NCBI GenBank assembly: GCA_022071945.1
Contig: JAJVIN010000019.1
Location: forward strand, 15,637 to 79,636
Length of the DNA: 64,000 nucleotides
Reading direction: 5' to 3'
Source: Thermoanaerobaculia bacterium
GTDB lineage: Bacteria; Acidobacteriota; Thermoanaerobaculia; UBA5066
The position numbers and the translations under genes were made by a program. The notes under the pieces were generated by a model, which had not been told where the DNA came from, did no database searches, and saw only the letters and a list, made by a program, of their open reading frames with translations. Below are positions 47,802 through 60,886 of the stretch, piece by piece; within the stretch, counting starts at the first letter, position 1; the number at the start of each line of letters is the position of its first letter.

Positions 47802-49164
47802 CTTCCACCTCGGGGGAGTCGACGCCTGCGAGAGGCGCGGTATTCACACTTTCACGACAGTCTATCAGCGGCCAGGCCTCCAGGGCAGGCGCATCGGGCA
47901 GGAACGCCAGGCGAGCCGCGAACCGCAGGCCTGGTTCCCCCGTCACATCACCCGGATTCCGGAGCCTCACGTCGAGGTAATTGGCGGTCAGCCCACGCCC
48001 TCCGCTGAGCGAGACGACGTCGGCGCAAGACCCATCGAACCTCCGGGCAAAGGCGAGCGCCTTCTCTTCCCCCAAAGCGCGTAAACGCCGGGCTCTGCCG
48101 AAGATGACGTGGGCGGGAACCGGGTCGGCCGCGGCAAGCGAGGCGGCATGAGTCCCGGAGCGCGGAGAAAACGGAAAGACGTGGAGGCTCGCGAACGGGA
48201 TCTTCTCGGCCAGGGCCAGGGTTTCCGCGAACTCGTCGTCCGTCTCGCCCGGGAAGCCGGTGATCAGATCCGTGGCCAGGTGAAGAGAGGGCGAGGACGC
48301 AAGGGCCCTCCCCGCCAGGGCGATGTACCGCTCGGCCGTCATCCCGCGCCTCATCCGCCTCAAGACCGCATTCGAGCCGGACTGGAGGGGAAGGTGCAGG
48401 TGCGGCGTGATGACGCGGGACCCGCAGATCGCGTCGATCACCTCCTCCCCCGCTTCCATCGGCTCGAGAGACGAGAGTCTCACGCGGCACGCGGGCGGAT
48501 TCCGCTCGAGGAGGCCGATCAGGGAAGAGAGAGAGCTCCCCGCGTCCTTGCCGAAGTTGGCGAGGTGAACACCGGCCAGGACGACCTCGGGAATGCCGGA
48601 GTCGCCGAGTTGACGGATGCGTTGGGCGACCTCCTGGACCGGGACGCTCCTCTCGGAGCCCCGCAGGCGTGGGACGATGCAGAAAGAGCACCGCCTCTCG
48701 CACCCGTCCTGGATCTTCAGAAACGCTCGCGTGTGGCCGGGCGAGTTTTCGACGGCATCCGGAGCCCAGTTCCTCGTGAGGGCGCTCGAGCCCGGCGGGG
48801 AAGAGGGGGCGATCTTTCCATCGAGGCGGCCCGCCGAGCGCTCGGCGAGAAGCCAGGACAGACCTTTGTCGAAGCCGTGACCGGCGACGAGATCCACACC
48901 CGGCATCCGGGCGAGACCCTGGGGGTCGCGCTCCGCCAGGCAGCCCGTGGCGACGATGACGGCGGAGGGGTTCTCCCGCCTCAAGCGGCGGATGAGCTTG
49001 CGGTCGTCCCGGTCGGCGCGTTCGGTGACGGAACACGTCTGGACGACGATGACGTCGGCGGCGGCCGGATCGGTCACGCGCTCCCCGCCCGATGACGCGC
49101 CGGCGAGCGAGGCATCGATCTGGCTGACCTTGCAGCCGAGCGCGAGGACAGAGTACTTGAACAT
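47785..49164 (-). CDS. mtaB: tRNA t6A37 methylthiotransferase (MtaB-like)
   Basis: LGCKVSQID, TCSVT, KIQDGCERRCSFC, RLSSLEP, HLPLQSG, GFPGET. Confidence 0.85.
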   Translation of the reverse strand: MFKYSVLALGCKVSQIDASLAGASSGGERVTDPAAADVIVVQTCSVTERADRDDRKLIRRLRRENPSAVIVATGCLAERDPQGLARMPGVDLVAGHGFDKGLSWLLAERSAGRLDGKIAPSSPPGSSALTRNWAPDAVENSPGHTRAFLKIQDGCERRCSFCIVPRLRGSERSVPVQEVAQRIRQLGDSGIPEVVLAGVHLANFGKDAGSSLSSLIGLLERNPPACRVRLSSLEPMEAGEEVIDAICGSRVITPHLHLPLQSGSNAVLRRMRRGMTAERYIALAGRALASSPSLHLATDLITGFPGETDDEFAETLALAEKIPFASLHVFPFSPRSGTHAASLAAADPVPAHVIFGRARRLRALGEEKALAFARRFDGSCADVVSLSGGRGLTANYLDVRLRNPGDVTGEPGLRFAARLAFLPDAPALEAWPLIDCRESVNTAPLAGVDSPEVEDVRTQ

Positions 49165-49196
49165 ATAGAGCCAGCCCGGTTTTGAAGCGGGCTCCG

Positions 49197-49224
49197 TTGA
49201 CAGGCGCCCCCCCGGGGGGATAAT
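49197..49224 (+). promoter_or_regulatory. Candidate sigma70 promoter with a C7G6 tract in the spacer
   Basis: TTGACA-GGCGCCCCCCCGGGGG-GATAAT (16-nt spacer) upstream of 49282. Confidence 0.45.
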
Positions 49225-49281
49225 ACGAACTTCCCGGGCAAATCCGGAAATTGTGGAGGCGTCGGGTGAATCCCGACGGTT

Positions 49282-52323
<3,042 letters not shown>

Positions 52324-52397
52324 GTCCGATGCGGGGGAGCATCTCTACCTAGGCCCCAGATAGCAGTTCCAAATCCTTTGCCGAGGGAGGAATTCGA

Positions 52398-52619
52398 ATG
52401 CCGATCACGGATGAACAGCGGAAGTTCTACGAGAACAGTATGAAGTTCGCGAAGAAGGAGATCTCCGATCTCGAGGCCATGATCCAGGAGGAACTGGCCA
52501 AGGTGAAGGAGCGCCTCGCCGAGCTTCAGAACGCCCAGAAAGCAGCGCGGCAGATGTACGGGGCTGCCTGCATGCGGCTCGGTCTGCAGAACGACCTCGA
52601 GGAAACCGAGGAGTCCTGA
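52398..52619 (+). CDS. Small coiled-coil hypothetical protein (73 aa)
   Basis: Strong SD GGAGG; host-like codon usage; heptad pattern. Confidence 0.75.
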   Translation: MPITDEQRKFYENSMKFAKKEISDLEAMIQEELAKVKERLAELQNAQKAARQMYGAACMRLGLQNDLEETEES

Positions 52620-52633
52620 CACCCGGATCTCGG

Positions 52634-53602
52634 GTGACTTCCTGGCGCTGGCCCCGGGGGAGCGTGGTGTCCTTCCGGGGTCTTTGCCTGTCTGACCGCT
52701 CTGTGTCTCGTCGCCTCCACCGTCCTGACGGATGGCACCGTGCCGGAGGACGGCTCTGGTGCCTTTTCCTCGTCATCCTCGCCTCGATGACGGGTCAGGC
52801 GCGAGGCGCTGCCCCGGCGCGGCCGGTGCCGGCCCGCCGGATCGCGGCCCTGGCCCCATCGGCGGTCGAGATCCTGGTCGCCCTCGGGGCGGCGGGCCGG
52901 GTGGCCGGTGTCTCGGACTTCGCCTCCGACATTCCGGAGGTGGCTGGAAAGCCTCGCCTCGGGGGATTCCACCCCGATGTCGAGCGTGTTCTGGCCCTTC
53001 GGCCCGACCTCGTCATCGTCTCGAAGGATGGCACCGACCGCGCCGTCCACGATCAGCTGGTGAGGTTGAAGGCCCCGCTTCTCGTCACGTCGGGCCACAC
53101 GCTGGACGGAGTCTTCGGTGACATCGAGGCCGTGGGGCGGGCCATCGACGAGGAGAAGAGGGCCCGGGACTTGGTCGGAGATCTGAAGCGGCGTGTCGCG
53201 GCGGTACGCGAACGGGCCGCCAGAAGGCCCGCGACCCAGCCCGTATTGGTCCTCATCTGGCCCGATCCACCCGTCGTGGCCGGTCCGGAGAGCTTCATCG
53301 GGGACCTGCTCCGGCAAGGGAGGATCACAAACGCGGTCCCGGATGGGGCGGGCGAGTGGCCGCGCGTCTCGCTCGAGACGATCACGTCCTGGAGCCCCGC
53401 GGTACTCGTCCACCCCGAGACCCGCGAGAACCGCGAAGTCTTTCAGAAGGCGCTCGGCCTGAATCCCCAGTGGAAAGTGGTCCGCGCCTACCGGGATGGC
53501 CGGGTGCTCTCGATCCCGGGCGCCTGGCTCGAACGGCCCGGCCCGCGTCTCGTGGATGCACTCGAGCGGCTGGCCGCCCTTCTGGAAAAGCCCGGATGGT
53601 AG
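52634..53602 (+). CDS. Cobalamin/iron-siderophore ABC substrate-binding protein (BtuF-like); start uncertain
   Basis: RIAALAPSAVEIL, PDVERVLALRPDLV, ERPGPRL. Confidence 0.85.
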   Translation: MTSWRWPRGSVVSFRGLCLSDRSVSRRLHRPDGWHRAGGRLWCLFLVILASMTGQARGAAPARPVPARRIAALAPSAVEILVALGAAGRVAGVSDFASDIPEVAGKPRLGGFHPDVERVLALRPDLVIVSKDGTDRAVHDQLVRLKAPLLVTSGHTLDGVFGDIEAVGRAIDEEKRARDLVGDLKRRVAAVRERAARRPATQPVLVLIWPDPPVVAGPESFIGDLLRQGRITNAVPDGAGEWPRVSLETITSWSPAVLVHPETRENREVFQKALGLNPQWKVVRAYRDGRVLSIPGAWLERPGPRLVDALERLAALLEKPGW

Positions 53603-54603
53603 GCCCCGGCCTGGCGAGCGGACGGGCGCGCGCGGCAGCGTCTGGGGTCCTTCTCTGTTCGGTCGCGCTCCTCGTGCTCACCGCCGTCGCGCACGGGACC
53701 GTCCCGCTCTCGCCCTCGGAGGTCCTCGATGCTCTTCTGGGGAAGGGCGATCCCGTGACCGCCGCCATCGTGAGAGACCTGAGGCTGCCACGCGCGCTTC
53801 TCGGGGTCCTCGTCGGGGGGGCCCTCGCCGCGGCGGGTGCCTCGCTGCAATCGCTCCTGCAGAATCCCCTCGCGGATCCCTTCCTGCTCGGTGTCTCGGG
53901 CGGGGCCGCGTGCGGAACCCTCCTCGCCTCGGTTCTGGGCGTTCTCGGGACGGCCGGGGCCTTTCTCTCCCCGCTCGCGGCCCTTGCCGGAGCCCTTCTC
54001 GCGGTCGTCGTGGTGGGGCTCGGCGCCTACAGCCAGGGAACCCTCGACCGGGGCCGGCTCCTCCTCTCGGGCGCCATCGTGAACTCCCTGGCGTCGGCCG
54101 TCATCCTCCTGCTGCTCTCCATCGGTTCCCCGGACACGACCCGCGGATTCGTCTTCTGGATGCTCGGGTCTCTCTCCTCGGCCTCGTGGGAATCCGTTTC
54201 GTCCCTGGCGCTCTACGGCGGGGCCGGATGCACTCTCCTGATCTTCTTCTCCAGGGCCCTCGACGCCTTCACGCTCGGAGAGGAGACGGCCCACACCCTC
54301 GGGATCCAGGTCGAGCAGACGAAGCGGTGCGTGTATCTCGGGGCGTCGATACTGGCCGCCGCGGCGGTCGCGCACGCGGGCATCATCGGCTTTGTCGGGC
54401 TCCTGGTGCCCCAGGGGGTTCGCCTTGTCGTTCGCGATCAGCGGAGCGTCCTCGTCTTCTCGTTTCTCTCGGGGGCGGTCCTCCTCCTCTCGGCCGACCT
54501 GATCGCCCGCTGGCTCTTCTCTCCCAACGAGATCTCGATCGGCGCGGTGACGGCCCTCGTCGGGGCGCCCGCGTTCCTCTACCTGATGCGGCGAAAGGTC
54601 TGA
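53596..54603 (+). CDS. FecCD/BtuC family ABC permease
   Basis: LRLPRAL, QNPLADPFLLGVSGGA, LGEETAHTLG, GIIGFVGL. Confidence 0.9.
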   Translation: MVGPGLASGRARAAASGVLLCSVALLVLTAVAHGTVPLSPSEVLDALLGKGDPVTAAIVRDLRLPRALLGVLVGGALAAAGASLQSLLQNPLADPFLLGVSGGAACGTLLASVLGVLGTAGAFLSPLAALAGALLAVVVVGLGAYSQGTLDRGRLLLSGAIVNSLASAVILLLLSIGSPDTTRGFVFWMLGSLSSASWESVSSLALYGGAGCTLLIFFSRALDAFTLGEETAHTLGIQVEQTKRCVYLGASILAAAAVAHAGIIGFVGLLVPQGVRLVVRDQRSVLVFSFLSGAVLLLSADLIARWLFSPNEISIGAVTALVGAPAFLYLMRRKV

Positions 54604-54612
54604 GGGGACGAG

Positions 54613-55434
54613 TTGGGCGCGGCCTTCCTCGAGCTTCGTGGCGTCAGCGTCGATTACGAGACGAGCCGGGTCCTCGACAGCGTCGAGCTCGGTTTCGCCC
54701 GGGGAAGGGTCACGGTGCTCCTCGGTGAGAACGGGAGCGGGAAGTCGACCATCTTGAAGGTCCTGGCCGGGATCCTGAGGCCGAAAAAGGGCGGGGTGTT
54801 CCTGGAAGGAAAGCCCCTGGAGAAGCTCCCGCGGCACGAGGTGGCGCAGAGGATCGGCTACCTGCCGCAGGCCTTCGAGCCGTTCTTTCCGGCCCGCGCC
54901 CGGGAAGTCGTCGTCCTGGGACGGATCCCGCACCTGCGCGGCTTCGCGTCGGCCGGGCCGGAGGACTACCGGGCCGCGGACGAGGCCCTCGAGGAGGCAG
55001 ATGTCCTTCCTCTCTCGTGCCGGAACATCCAGCAGCTGAGCGGCGGCGAGCGCCAGAGAGTCCTTCTCGCCCGGGTCCTGGCGGGAAAGCCGGAGATCTT
55101 CCTCCTCGACGAGCCGACCTCGAACCTCGATCCGCGGCACAGGTTGAAGGTGGCTTCGATCATGCGACGCCGGGCCGAGGCCGGGGGGACCGTCATCGTC
55201 CCGACGCACGAGCTCGACCTCGCCGTACAGGCCGCCGATGACGCGGTCCTCCTGAAGAGCGGCCGGGTCCTCTGCGCGGGGCCCCTGAAGACCATCCTGA
55301 CCCCCGCGAACCTCGAGGCGGTCTTCGGCGTGGGGGCGCGTCTCTTCACGGGTCCCGAGGGCCTGGCGCACGTCTCGCTCTTTCTCGACACGCAGAAGGC
55401 CCGGGGCGAGCAGGAACCGGGCCTCCCGCGATAG
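54613..55434 (+). CDS. ABC transporter ATP-binding protein (BtuD/FecE-like)
   Basis: GENGSGKST, LSGGERQRV, LLDEPTSNLD. Confidence 0.9.
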   Translation: MGAAFLELRGVSVDYETSRVLDSVELGFARGRVTVLLGENGSGKSTILKVLAGILRPKKGGVFLEGKPLEKLPRHEVAQRIGYLPQAFEPFFPARAREVVVLGRIPHLRGFASAGPEDYRAADEALEEADVLPLSCRNIQQLSGGERQRVLLARVLAGKPEIFLLDEPTSNLDPRHRLKVASIMRRRAEAGGTVIVPTHELDLAVQAADDAVLLKSGRVLCAGPLKTILTPANLEAVFGVGARLFTGPEGLAHVSLFLDTQKARGEQEPGLPR

Positions 55435-55458
55435 ACTCCGGCCCGCGCCCGACAGACC

Positions 55459-56304
55459 ATGTGGTTTCGATCGACCAAGACCCCTCGCGCCCCCAGGGAT
55501 CCCCGGACCTCCGCCTCGCTGGGCGAGGGGCTCTTCCTCAAGTGTGACGGCTGCCGGGAAACGCTCTACGTCAAGGAAGTGGAGCGGAACCTGCGCGTCT
55601 GCCCGAAGTGCGGCTACCACTTCCGGATGCCCATCGAGGAGCGTTTCCGGATGCTCTTCGACGAGGGGGAATTCACTCCTCTCTTCCAGGACGTGAGGCC
55701 ATCGGACCCCTTGAAGTTCAAGGACTCGAAGAAATACAAGGACCGGCTCAAGGAGAGCGAGACACGCGCCGGCAGGCCGGATGCCGCCCTGGCCGCCCGC
55801 GGAAAGCTCGATGGGATAGGCGTTCTCATCGCCGGCCTCGACTACAACTTCATGGGGGGCTCGATGGGCTCCGTCGTGGGCGAGATCCTCGCCCGGGGAG
55901 CGGAGACGGCCGTCAAGGAGCGTCTGCCCTACATCGTGATCACGGCCTCCGGCGGGGCCCGGATGCAGGAGGGAATCCTCTCCCTCATGCAGATGGCCAA
56001 GGTCTCGATGGCGCTGACGAGGCTGGGCGAGGCCAGGATCCCGTACCTCACGCTCCTCACCGATCCGACGACGGGTGGCGTGACCGCCTCCTTCGCGATG
56101 CTGGGGGACATCACGCTGGCCGAGCCAAAGGCCCTCATCGGGTTCGCGGGGCCCCGCGTCATCGAGCAGACGATCCGCCAGACGCTTCCCGAGGGGTTCC
56201 AGAGATCGGAGTTCCTCAGGGACCACGGGTTCGTCGATCTCGTCGTTCCCCGGGCGTCCCAAAAGCCGGTCTTTTCCAACCTCATCCGGCTGCTCTTCGG
56301 CTGA
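55459..56304 (+). CDS. accD: Acetyl-CoA carboxylase carboxyltransferase beta subunit
   Basis: Zn finger CDGC..CPKC, FMGGSMG, SGGARMQEG, PTTGGVTAS, GFAGPRVI. Confidence 0.97.
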   Translation: MWFRSTKTPRAPRDPRTSASLGEGLFLKCDGCRETLYVKEVERNLRVCPKCGYHFRMPIEERFRMLFDEGEFTPLFQDVRPSDPLKFKDSKKYKDRLKESETRAGRPDAALAARGKLDGIGVLIAGLDYNFMGGSMGSVVGEILARGAETAVKERLPYIVITASGGARMQEGILSLMQMAKVSMALTRLGEARIPYLTLLTDPTTGGVTASFAMLGDITLAEPKALIGFAGPRVIEQTIRQTLPEGFQRSEFLRDHGFVDLVVPRASQKPVFSNLIRLLFG

Positions 56305-56314
56305 CGCGGGCGCG

Positions 56315-57544
56315 ATGACCCCCGGTTTCGCCCCGGGCTCCGGTCTGTGCTGGCTCGAATCGCTGGGGCCCCAGAAGATCCGGCCCGGCCTTTCTCGCGT
56401 TCAGGCTCTCTTGGAAAGCCTCGGACACCCCCAGCGGGCGTACCGCTCCGTCCTGATCGCCGGAACGAACGGAAAGGGCTCGACGGCCGCGTTCCTTTCC
56501 TCGATCCTCTCGGCCGCCGGAATCCGCACGGGCCTCTACACCTCCCCGCACCTCGTGCGGGTTCACGAGCGAGTCAGGATCGCGGAAGAAGACGTCGAGG
56601 ACCGCTGCCTCGACGAGGTCCTCTGGCTCATCTCGCGGATCTCGGGTGACGGTGCGCTTCGACCCACCTACTTCGAGGCGATGACGGTCGCCGCATTCGA
56701 GGTCTTCAGGCGGAAAGGCGTCCGCGTGGCCGTCGTGGAGGCCGGAATCGGGGGACTCTGGGACGCCACGAACGTGCTCGACCCCCTGATCTCGATCGTG
56801 ACCAACGTCGCGGAGGACCACCTCGAGATCCTCGGCCCGGCCCTTTCGGACGTCGCGCGGCAGAAGGCCGGGATCTTCAGGCCGGGACGAACCGCCCTCA
56901 CGTCCGCCGAGGGTGAAACGTTCGCGGTTCTGGAGACGGAGGCGAAGCGGATCGGAGCGGACCTGACCCAGGTGACCCCGATCGCCCTCGCGATGGAGCA
57001 GGGCCTTCCGCTCCCGGGCAGACACCAGGCCAGAAACGCCGGGCTCGCCGTGGCCGCCGCCCAGAAGCTCGCCGCCCCGTCAACGGAAGTGGTGGCGCGG
57101 GGCCTGCGAGCGGTTTGCTGGCCCGGCCGTCTCCAGTGGGTTCGCCGGGAGGGCCGGCGGCCCTTGCTCCTGGACGGAGCCCACAATCCCGCCGGCGCGG
57201 AAACGCTGGCCGCGTACCTGGACGAGGCCGGGCTCTCGGAGAAGGCCGATCTCGTCTTCGGGGCGCTTCTCGACAAGGACGTCGAGGGTCTGTTTTCGCC
57301 CCTGAGGACGAGGGTCCGAAAGGCCCTGTTCGTCTCTCCCCCTTCGCCCCGCGCGGGCCCTGCGCGAGAGCTGGCGGAGAGGCTCGGCTTCGATGCCGGG
57401 CTGGCGGAGCCCGGGCTTCTGCCGGCGATCGCCAGGCTCGAGAGAGAAGATCCCGCATCCCGGGCCCCTATAATCGTCGCCGGCTCGCTCTATCTCGTCG
57501 GAGAGATGCTCCGGCTCCTCGGGGGAGCGCCGGAAGCGGTGTGA
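56315..57544 (+). CDS. folC: Folylpolyglutamate synthase / dihydrofolate synthase
   Basis: IAGTNGKGS, YTSPHL, EAGIGG, WPGR, LDGAHN, GSLYLVGE. Confidence 0.95.
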   Translation: MTPGFAPGSGLCWLESLGPQKIRPGLSRVQALLESLGHPQRAYRSVLIAGTNGKGSTAAFLSSILSAAGIRTGLYTSPHLVRVHERVRIAEEDVEDRCLDEVLWLISRISGDGALRPTYFEAMTVAAFEVFRRKGVRVAVVEAGIGGLWDATNVLDPLISIVTNVAEDHLEILGPALSDVARQKAGIFRPGRTALTSAEGETFAVLETEAKRIGADLTQVTPIALAMEQGLPLPGRHQARNAGLAVAAAQKLAAPSTEVVARGLRAVCWPGRLQWVRREGRRPLLLDGAHNPAGAETLAAYLDEAGLSEKADLVFGALLDKDVEGLFSPLRTRVRKALFVSPPSPRAGPARELAERLGFDAGLAEPGLLPAIARLEREDPASRAPIIVAGSLYLVGEMLRLLGGAPEAV

Positions 57545-57596
57545 GCGAGCCCGGGCCGTCCGGGGAAGGGGCAGGGGCTCCGGACGGGGAGGCCGG

Positions 57597-58955
57597 ATGA
57601 CAGAAGAGAGAGTCCACGCTTTCACGAAAGCGGAGCTGGAGGACGCCGAGGACGCCCGCCTGGCGATCTACGCGTCGCGCTCCCGCCGGGCCACTCGCCG
57701 TCACCCGGTCGCGCCCGAGGGCCGCCACTTCGACTACCGGACGGAGTACCAGAGAGACCGGGACCGGATCATTCACTCGAAGTCGTTCCGGAGGCTCAAG
57801 CACAAGACGCAGGTCTTCATTCCCTTCGAGGGAGACCACTACAGAACGCGGCTCACTCACACGCTCGAGGCGACGCAGGTGGCCCGGACGATCGCGCGCG
57901 CCCTGGCCTTGAACGAGGATCTGGCGGAGGCGTGCGCCCTGGGCCACGACGTCGGCCACACACCGTTCGGCCACTCGGGTGAAAAGGTCCTCAACCGGAT
58001 CCTGACCGGGGCCGAGCCCTCCATCCCGATCGAGCCGGAGGTGGCCCGGGCGGTGGGTGCCTTCAAGCACAACTACCAGTCCGTGCGGGTTCTCGACGTC
58101 CTGGAGCGCCGCTACGACCACCCGGGGCTGAACCTGACGAACGACACGCGGGAGGGAATCCTCAAGCACACCACCTGGAGGCGGGACTTCCCGTTCCCTG
58201 ACATCGATGCAGAGGGCCTCAATATGACCTCGGGGGGGCACCTCGAGGGGCAGGCTGTTGGCTGGTCGGACGAGATCGCGCAGCAGGCGCACGACCTCGA
58301 GGACGGCCTCGTTCTCTGCGACGAGGCCAAGCTCCACGGCCTGACCATCGTCAAGAACGTGATGAGCGCCATCGGCGAGTCGTACGAGAAGGCGAGCTCG
58401 CCCTCGGTCAAGCATGCTCTCCTGATCCGGGGCATCATCCATCTGCTCGTGACGGACGTGATCGTGGCGTCGCGCGTGGCGATCGAGAAGTGGCTGGCGG
58501 AAAAGCGGATCACGGCGGCGGACGAGTTTTACGCACACCGCGCCCGGCTGCCCGGCTCTCTCGTGGCCCCCTCGCGGCACGGCGAGAAGCTCTATCTCGA
58601 GCTGAAGGAGTTCATCTACCAGCACATCATCCACAGTCACGCGGTGGCGCAGCACGACGGGCGCGCCCAGCTCGTGGTGACCGGGCTCTTCGGGGCCTTC
58701 TACAAGAATCCCCGGCTCGTGCCCGACGACGTGCTGATGCGGTACCACGACCTTTCCGGGGTGACGTTCCTGAGGGACGTCCCCCTGAAGCGAATCGATG
58801 ACGAGATCGCGCGCAACTACCATTCCCGGCCCCTTTTCTTGCGGTGTATCGCGGATCACCTCGCCGGGATGACCGACAGTTATGCTCTGTCGGTCTATGA
58901 CTCGATGTTCGCTCCCTATCCGAGACGTCTCGGGGGCATCCCCCCGATTTACTGA
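57597..58955 (+). CDS. dgt: dGTP triphosphohydrolase (HD family)
   Basis: RDRDRIIHS..FRRLKHKTQVF, RTRLTHTLE, HDVGHTPFGHSGE, IADHLAGMTD. Confidence 0.92.
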   Translation: MTEERVHAFTKAELEDAEDARLAIYASRSRRATRRHPVAPEGRHFDYRTEYQRDRDRIIHSKSFRRLKHKTQVFIPFEGDHYRTRLTHTLEATQVARTIARALALNEDLAEACALGHDVGHTPFGHSGEKVLNRILTGAEPSIPIEPEVARAVGAFKHNYQSVRVLDVLERRYDHPGLNLTNDTREGILKHTTWRRDFPFPDIDAEGLNMTSGGHLEGQAVGWSDEIAQQAHDLEDGLVLCDEAKLHGLTIVKNVMSAIGESYEKASSPSVKHALLIRGIIHLLVTDVIVASRVAIEKWLAEKRITAADEFYAHRARLPGSLVAPSRHGEKLYLELKEFIYQHIIHSHAVAQHDGRAQLVVTGLFGAFYKNPRLVPDDVLMRYHDLSGVTFLRDVPLKRIDDEIARNYHSRPLFLRCIADHLAGMTDSYALSVYDSMFAPYPRRLGGIPPIY

Positions 58956-58964
58956 GGCCGGACG

Positions 58965-59435
58965 ATGAAGATTGCCGTGGGATCCGACCACGCTGGATTC
59001 GAGCTGAAGGAGAAAGTCCGGGAGTTCCTGACGACTCGCGGGCACGAGGTCCTCGACACCGGGACCACGGGCACGGCGTCGGTCGACTACCCGGACTTCG
59101 GGTATGCCGTGGGCAGGGCGGTCGCCTCGGGCGAGGCCGCCGTGGGGGTCGTCGTCTGCGGGAGCGGGATCGGCATCGCCATGGCGGCCAACAAGGTGCC
59201 GGGAGCGCGCGCCGGTGTGGCGACCGACATCTTTTCCGCCAGGCTCATGCGGCAGCACAATGACGCCAACATCCTGGCGCTCGGAGCCCGGATCACGGCT
59301 CCGGCACTCGCCGAGGCCATCCTCGAGACATTCCTTGAGACACCCTTCGAAGGCGGCCGCCACCAGCGCCGCGTCGAAAAGCTGAACCATGGGCCCGACC
59401 CGGCCCCTCCCCCCACAGGAGACACGAACAGATGA
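58965..59435 (+). CDS. rpiB: Ribose-5-phosphate isomerase B
   Basis: [37 protein letters not shown]. Confidence 0.96.
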   Translation: MKIAVGSDHAGFELKEKVREFLTTRGHEVLDTGTTGTASVDYPDFGYAVGRAVASGEAAVGVVVCGSGIGIAMAANKVPGARAGVATDIFSARLMRQHNDANILALGARITAPALAEAILETFLETPFEGGRHQRRVEKLNHGPDPAPPPTGDTNR

Positions 59436-60712
59436 CGACGACTCTCTCCACTTCCGGCCTCATGGAAAGGCGCCTCTCGGCCGTTGATCCAGAGGTGGCC
59501 CAGGCGATCGATGCCGAGACGCTGCGGCAGCAGCAGCATCTCGAGCTGATCGCGTCCGAGAACTTCACGTCCCGCGCCGTCCTCGAGGCGGTCGGTTCCG
59601 TCCTGACCAACAAGTACGCGGAGGGCTACCCGGGGCGCCGGTACTACGGGGGCTGCGACAACGTCGACAAGGTGGAATCCCTCGCCATCGCGCGGGCCAA
59701 ACAACTCTTCTCACCCGCCAACCCGGAGGCGATCCACGCCAACGTGCAGCCCCACTCGGGCTCCCAGGCCAACACGGCCGTCTACATCGCCTGCCTCAAG
59801 CCGGGCGACACCCTTCTCGGCATGTCGCTCGCGCACGGGGGGCACCTCACCCACGGGCATCCGCTGTCCATCTCCGGCAAGCAGTACCGGGTCGTGTCGT
59901 ATGGCGTCACGAGGGAGACGGAGCGGATCGACTACGACGAGCTCGCCCGGGTCGCCGAGGCCGAGAAGCCGAAACTCATCGTGGCGGGGGCGTCCGCCTA
60001 TCCGCGCCTCCTGGATTTCGAGAAGTTCCGCCAGGTGGCGGACGCGGTGGGCGCTCTCTTGATGGTCGACATGGCCCACATCGCGGGCCTGGTCGCCACG
60101 GGTCTGCATCCCTCGCCGGTCGGGTACGCCCACTTCGTCACGACGACGACCCACAAGACCCTCAGGGGGCCGCGCGGGGGCCTCATCCTCTCGACGCCGG
60201 AGTGGGCCAAGGAGATCGACAAGGCGGTCTTCCCGGGCATCCAGGGCGGGCCCCTCGAGCACGTCATCGCGGGCAAGGCCGTGGCGTTGAAGGAGGCCCT
60301 TTCTCCCGACTTCGCCGGGTATCAGAAGAATGTCGTCGAGAACGCGCGCGTCTTCGCCGAGGCGGTTGCCGCGCAGGGCTTCCGGATCGTCTCGGGCGGC
60401 ACGGACAACCACCTCTTCCTGGTGGACCTCGGTCCGAAGAAGCTGACGGGGAAGGTGGCCGAGAAGGCCCTCGATGCCGCGGGCATCACGGTGAACAAGA
60501 ATGCGATCCCGTTTGACCCCAACCCGCCGCTCGTCACGTCGGGCCTCAGGATCGGAACGCCGGCCGTCACGACGCGGGGCATGGGACCAGCCGAGATGAG
60601 GACCATCGCCGGCTGGATCGGAGAAGTCCTGGCGGCGCCCGAGAACCCGGACGTGCTCTCTTCGGTCCGGACCCGGGTGAAAGAGCTCACCTCGGCCTTC
60701 CCGATCTACTGA
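59432..60712 (+). CDS. glyA: Serine hydroxymethyltransferase
   Basis: [35 protein letters not shown]. Confidence 0.98.
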   Translation: MTTTLSTSGLMERRLSAVDPEVAQAIDAETLRQQQHLELIASENFTSRAVLEAVGSVLTNKYAEGYPGRRYYGGCDNVDKVESLAIARAKQLFSPANPEAIHANVQPHSGSQANTAVYIACLKPGDTLLGMSLAHGGHLTHGHPLSISGKQYRVVSYGVTRETERIDYDELARVAEAEKPKLIVAGASAYPRLLDFEKFRQVADAVGALLMVDMAHIAGLVATGLHPSPVGYAHFVTTTTHKTLRGPRGGLILSTPEWAKEIDKAVFPGIQGGPLEHVIAGKAVALKEALSPDFAGYQKNVVENARVFAEAVAAQGFRIVSGGTDNHLFLVDLGPKKLTGKVAEKALDAAGITVNKNAIPFDPNPPLVTSGLRIGTPAVTTRGMGPAEMRTIAGWIGEVLAAPENPDVLSSVRTRVKELTSAFPIY

Positions 60713-60724
60713 AGGCCCAGCAGG

Positions 60725-60813
60725 CCCTCATCCCCCGGCCCCTTCTCCCGCGAGTGCGGGAGAAGGGGAGCCCGCGCCCTCAGGGAGAGGGCAACGCGAA
60801 ACGTGGGTGAGGG
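60725..60813. repeat. REP-like palindromic element(s) between convergent genes
   Basis: CCCTCATCCCCCGGCCCCTTCTCCCGC-GAGT-GCGGGAGAAGGGG, then GGGAGAGGG..GGGTGAGGG; same family style as 1355 and 16886. Confidence 0.6.
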
Positions 60814-60886
60814 CCTCCCGTCTTCCCGCCGAGATTCCCTGTGGCGATCGCAGGATCGCCAGCAAGCCCTCATCCCGAGGCGGGGC

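Noticed and set aside
52620-52790. Cobalamin riboswitch upstream of the btuF-like gene
   Set aside because: No B12-box or other conserved riboswitch elements seen
57597-58955. dGTPase as an anti-phage nucleotide-depletion system
   Set aside because: Embedded in the accD-folC-dgt-rpiB-glyA housekeeping operon with host-like codons
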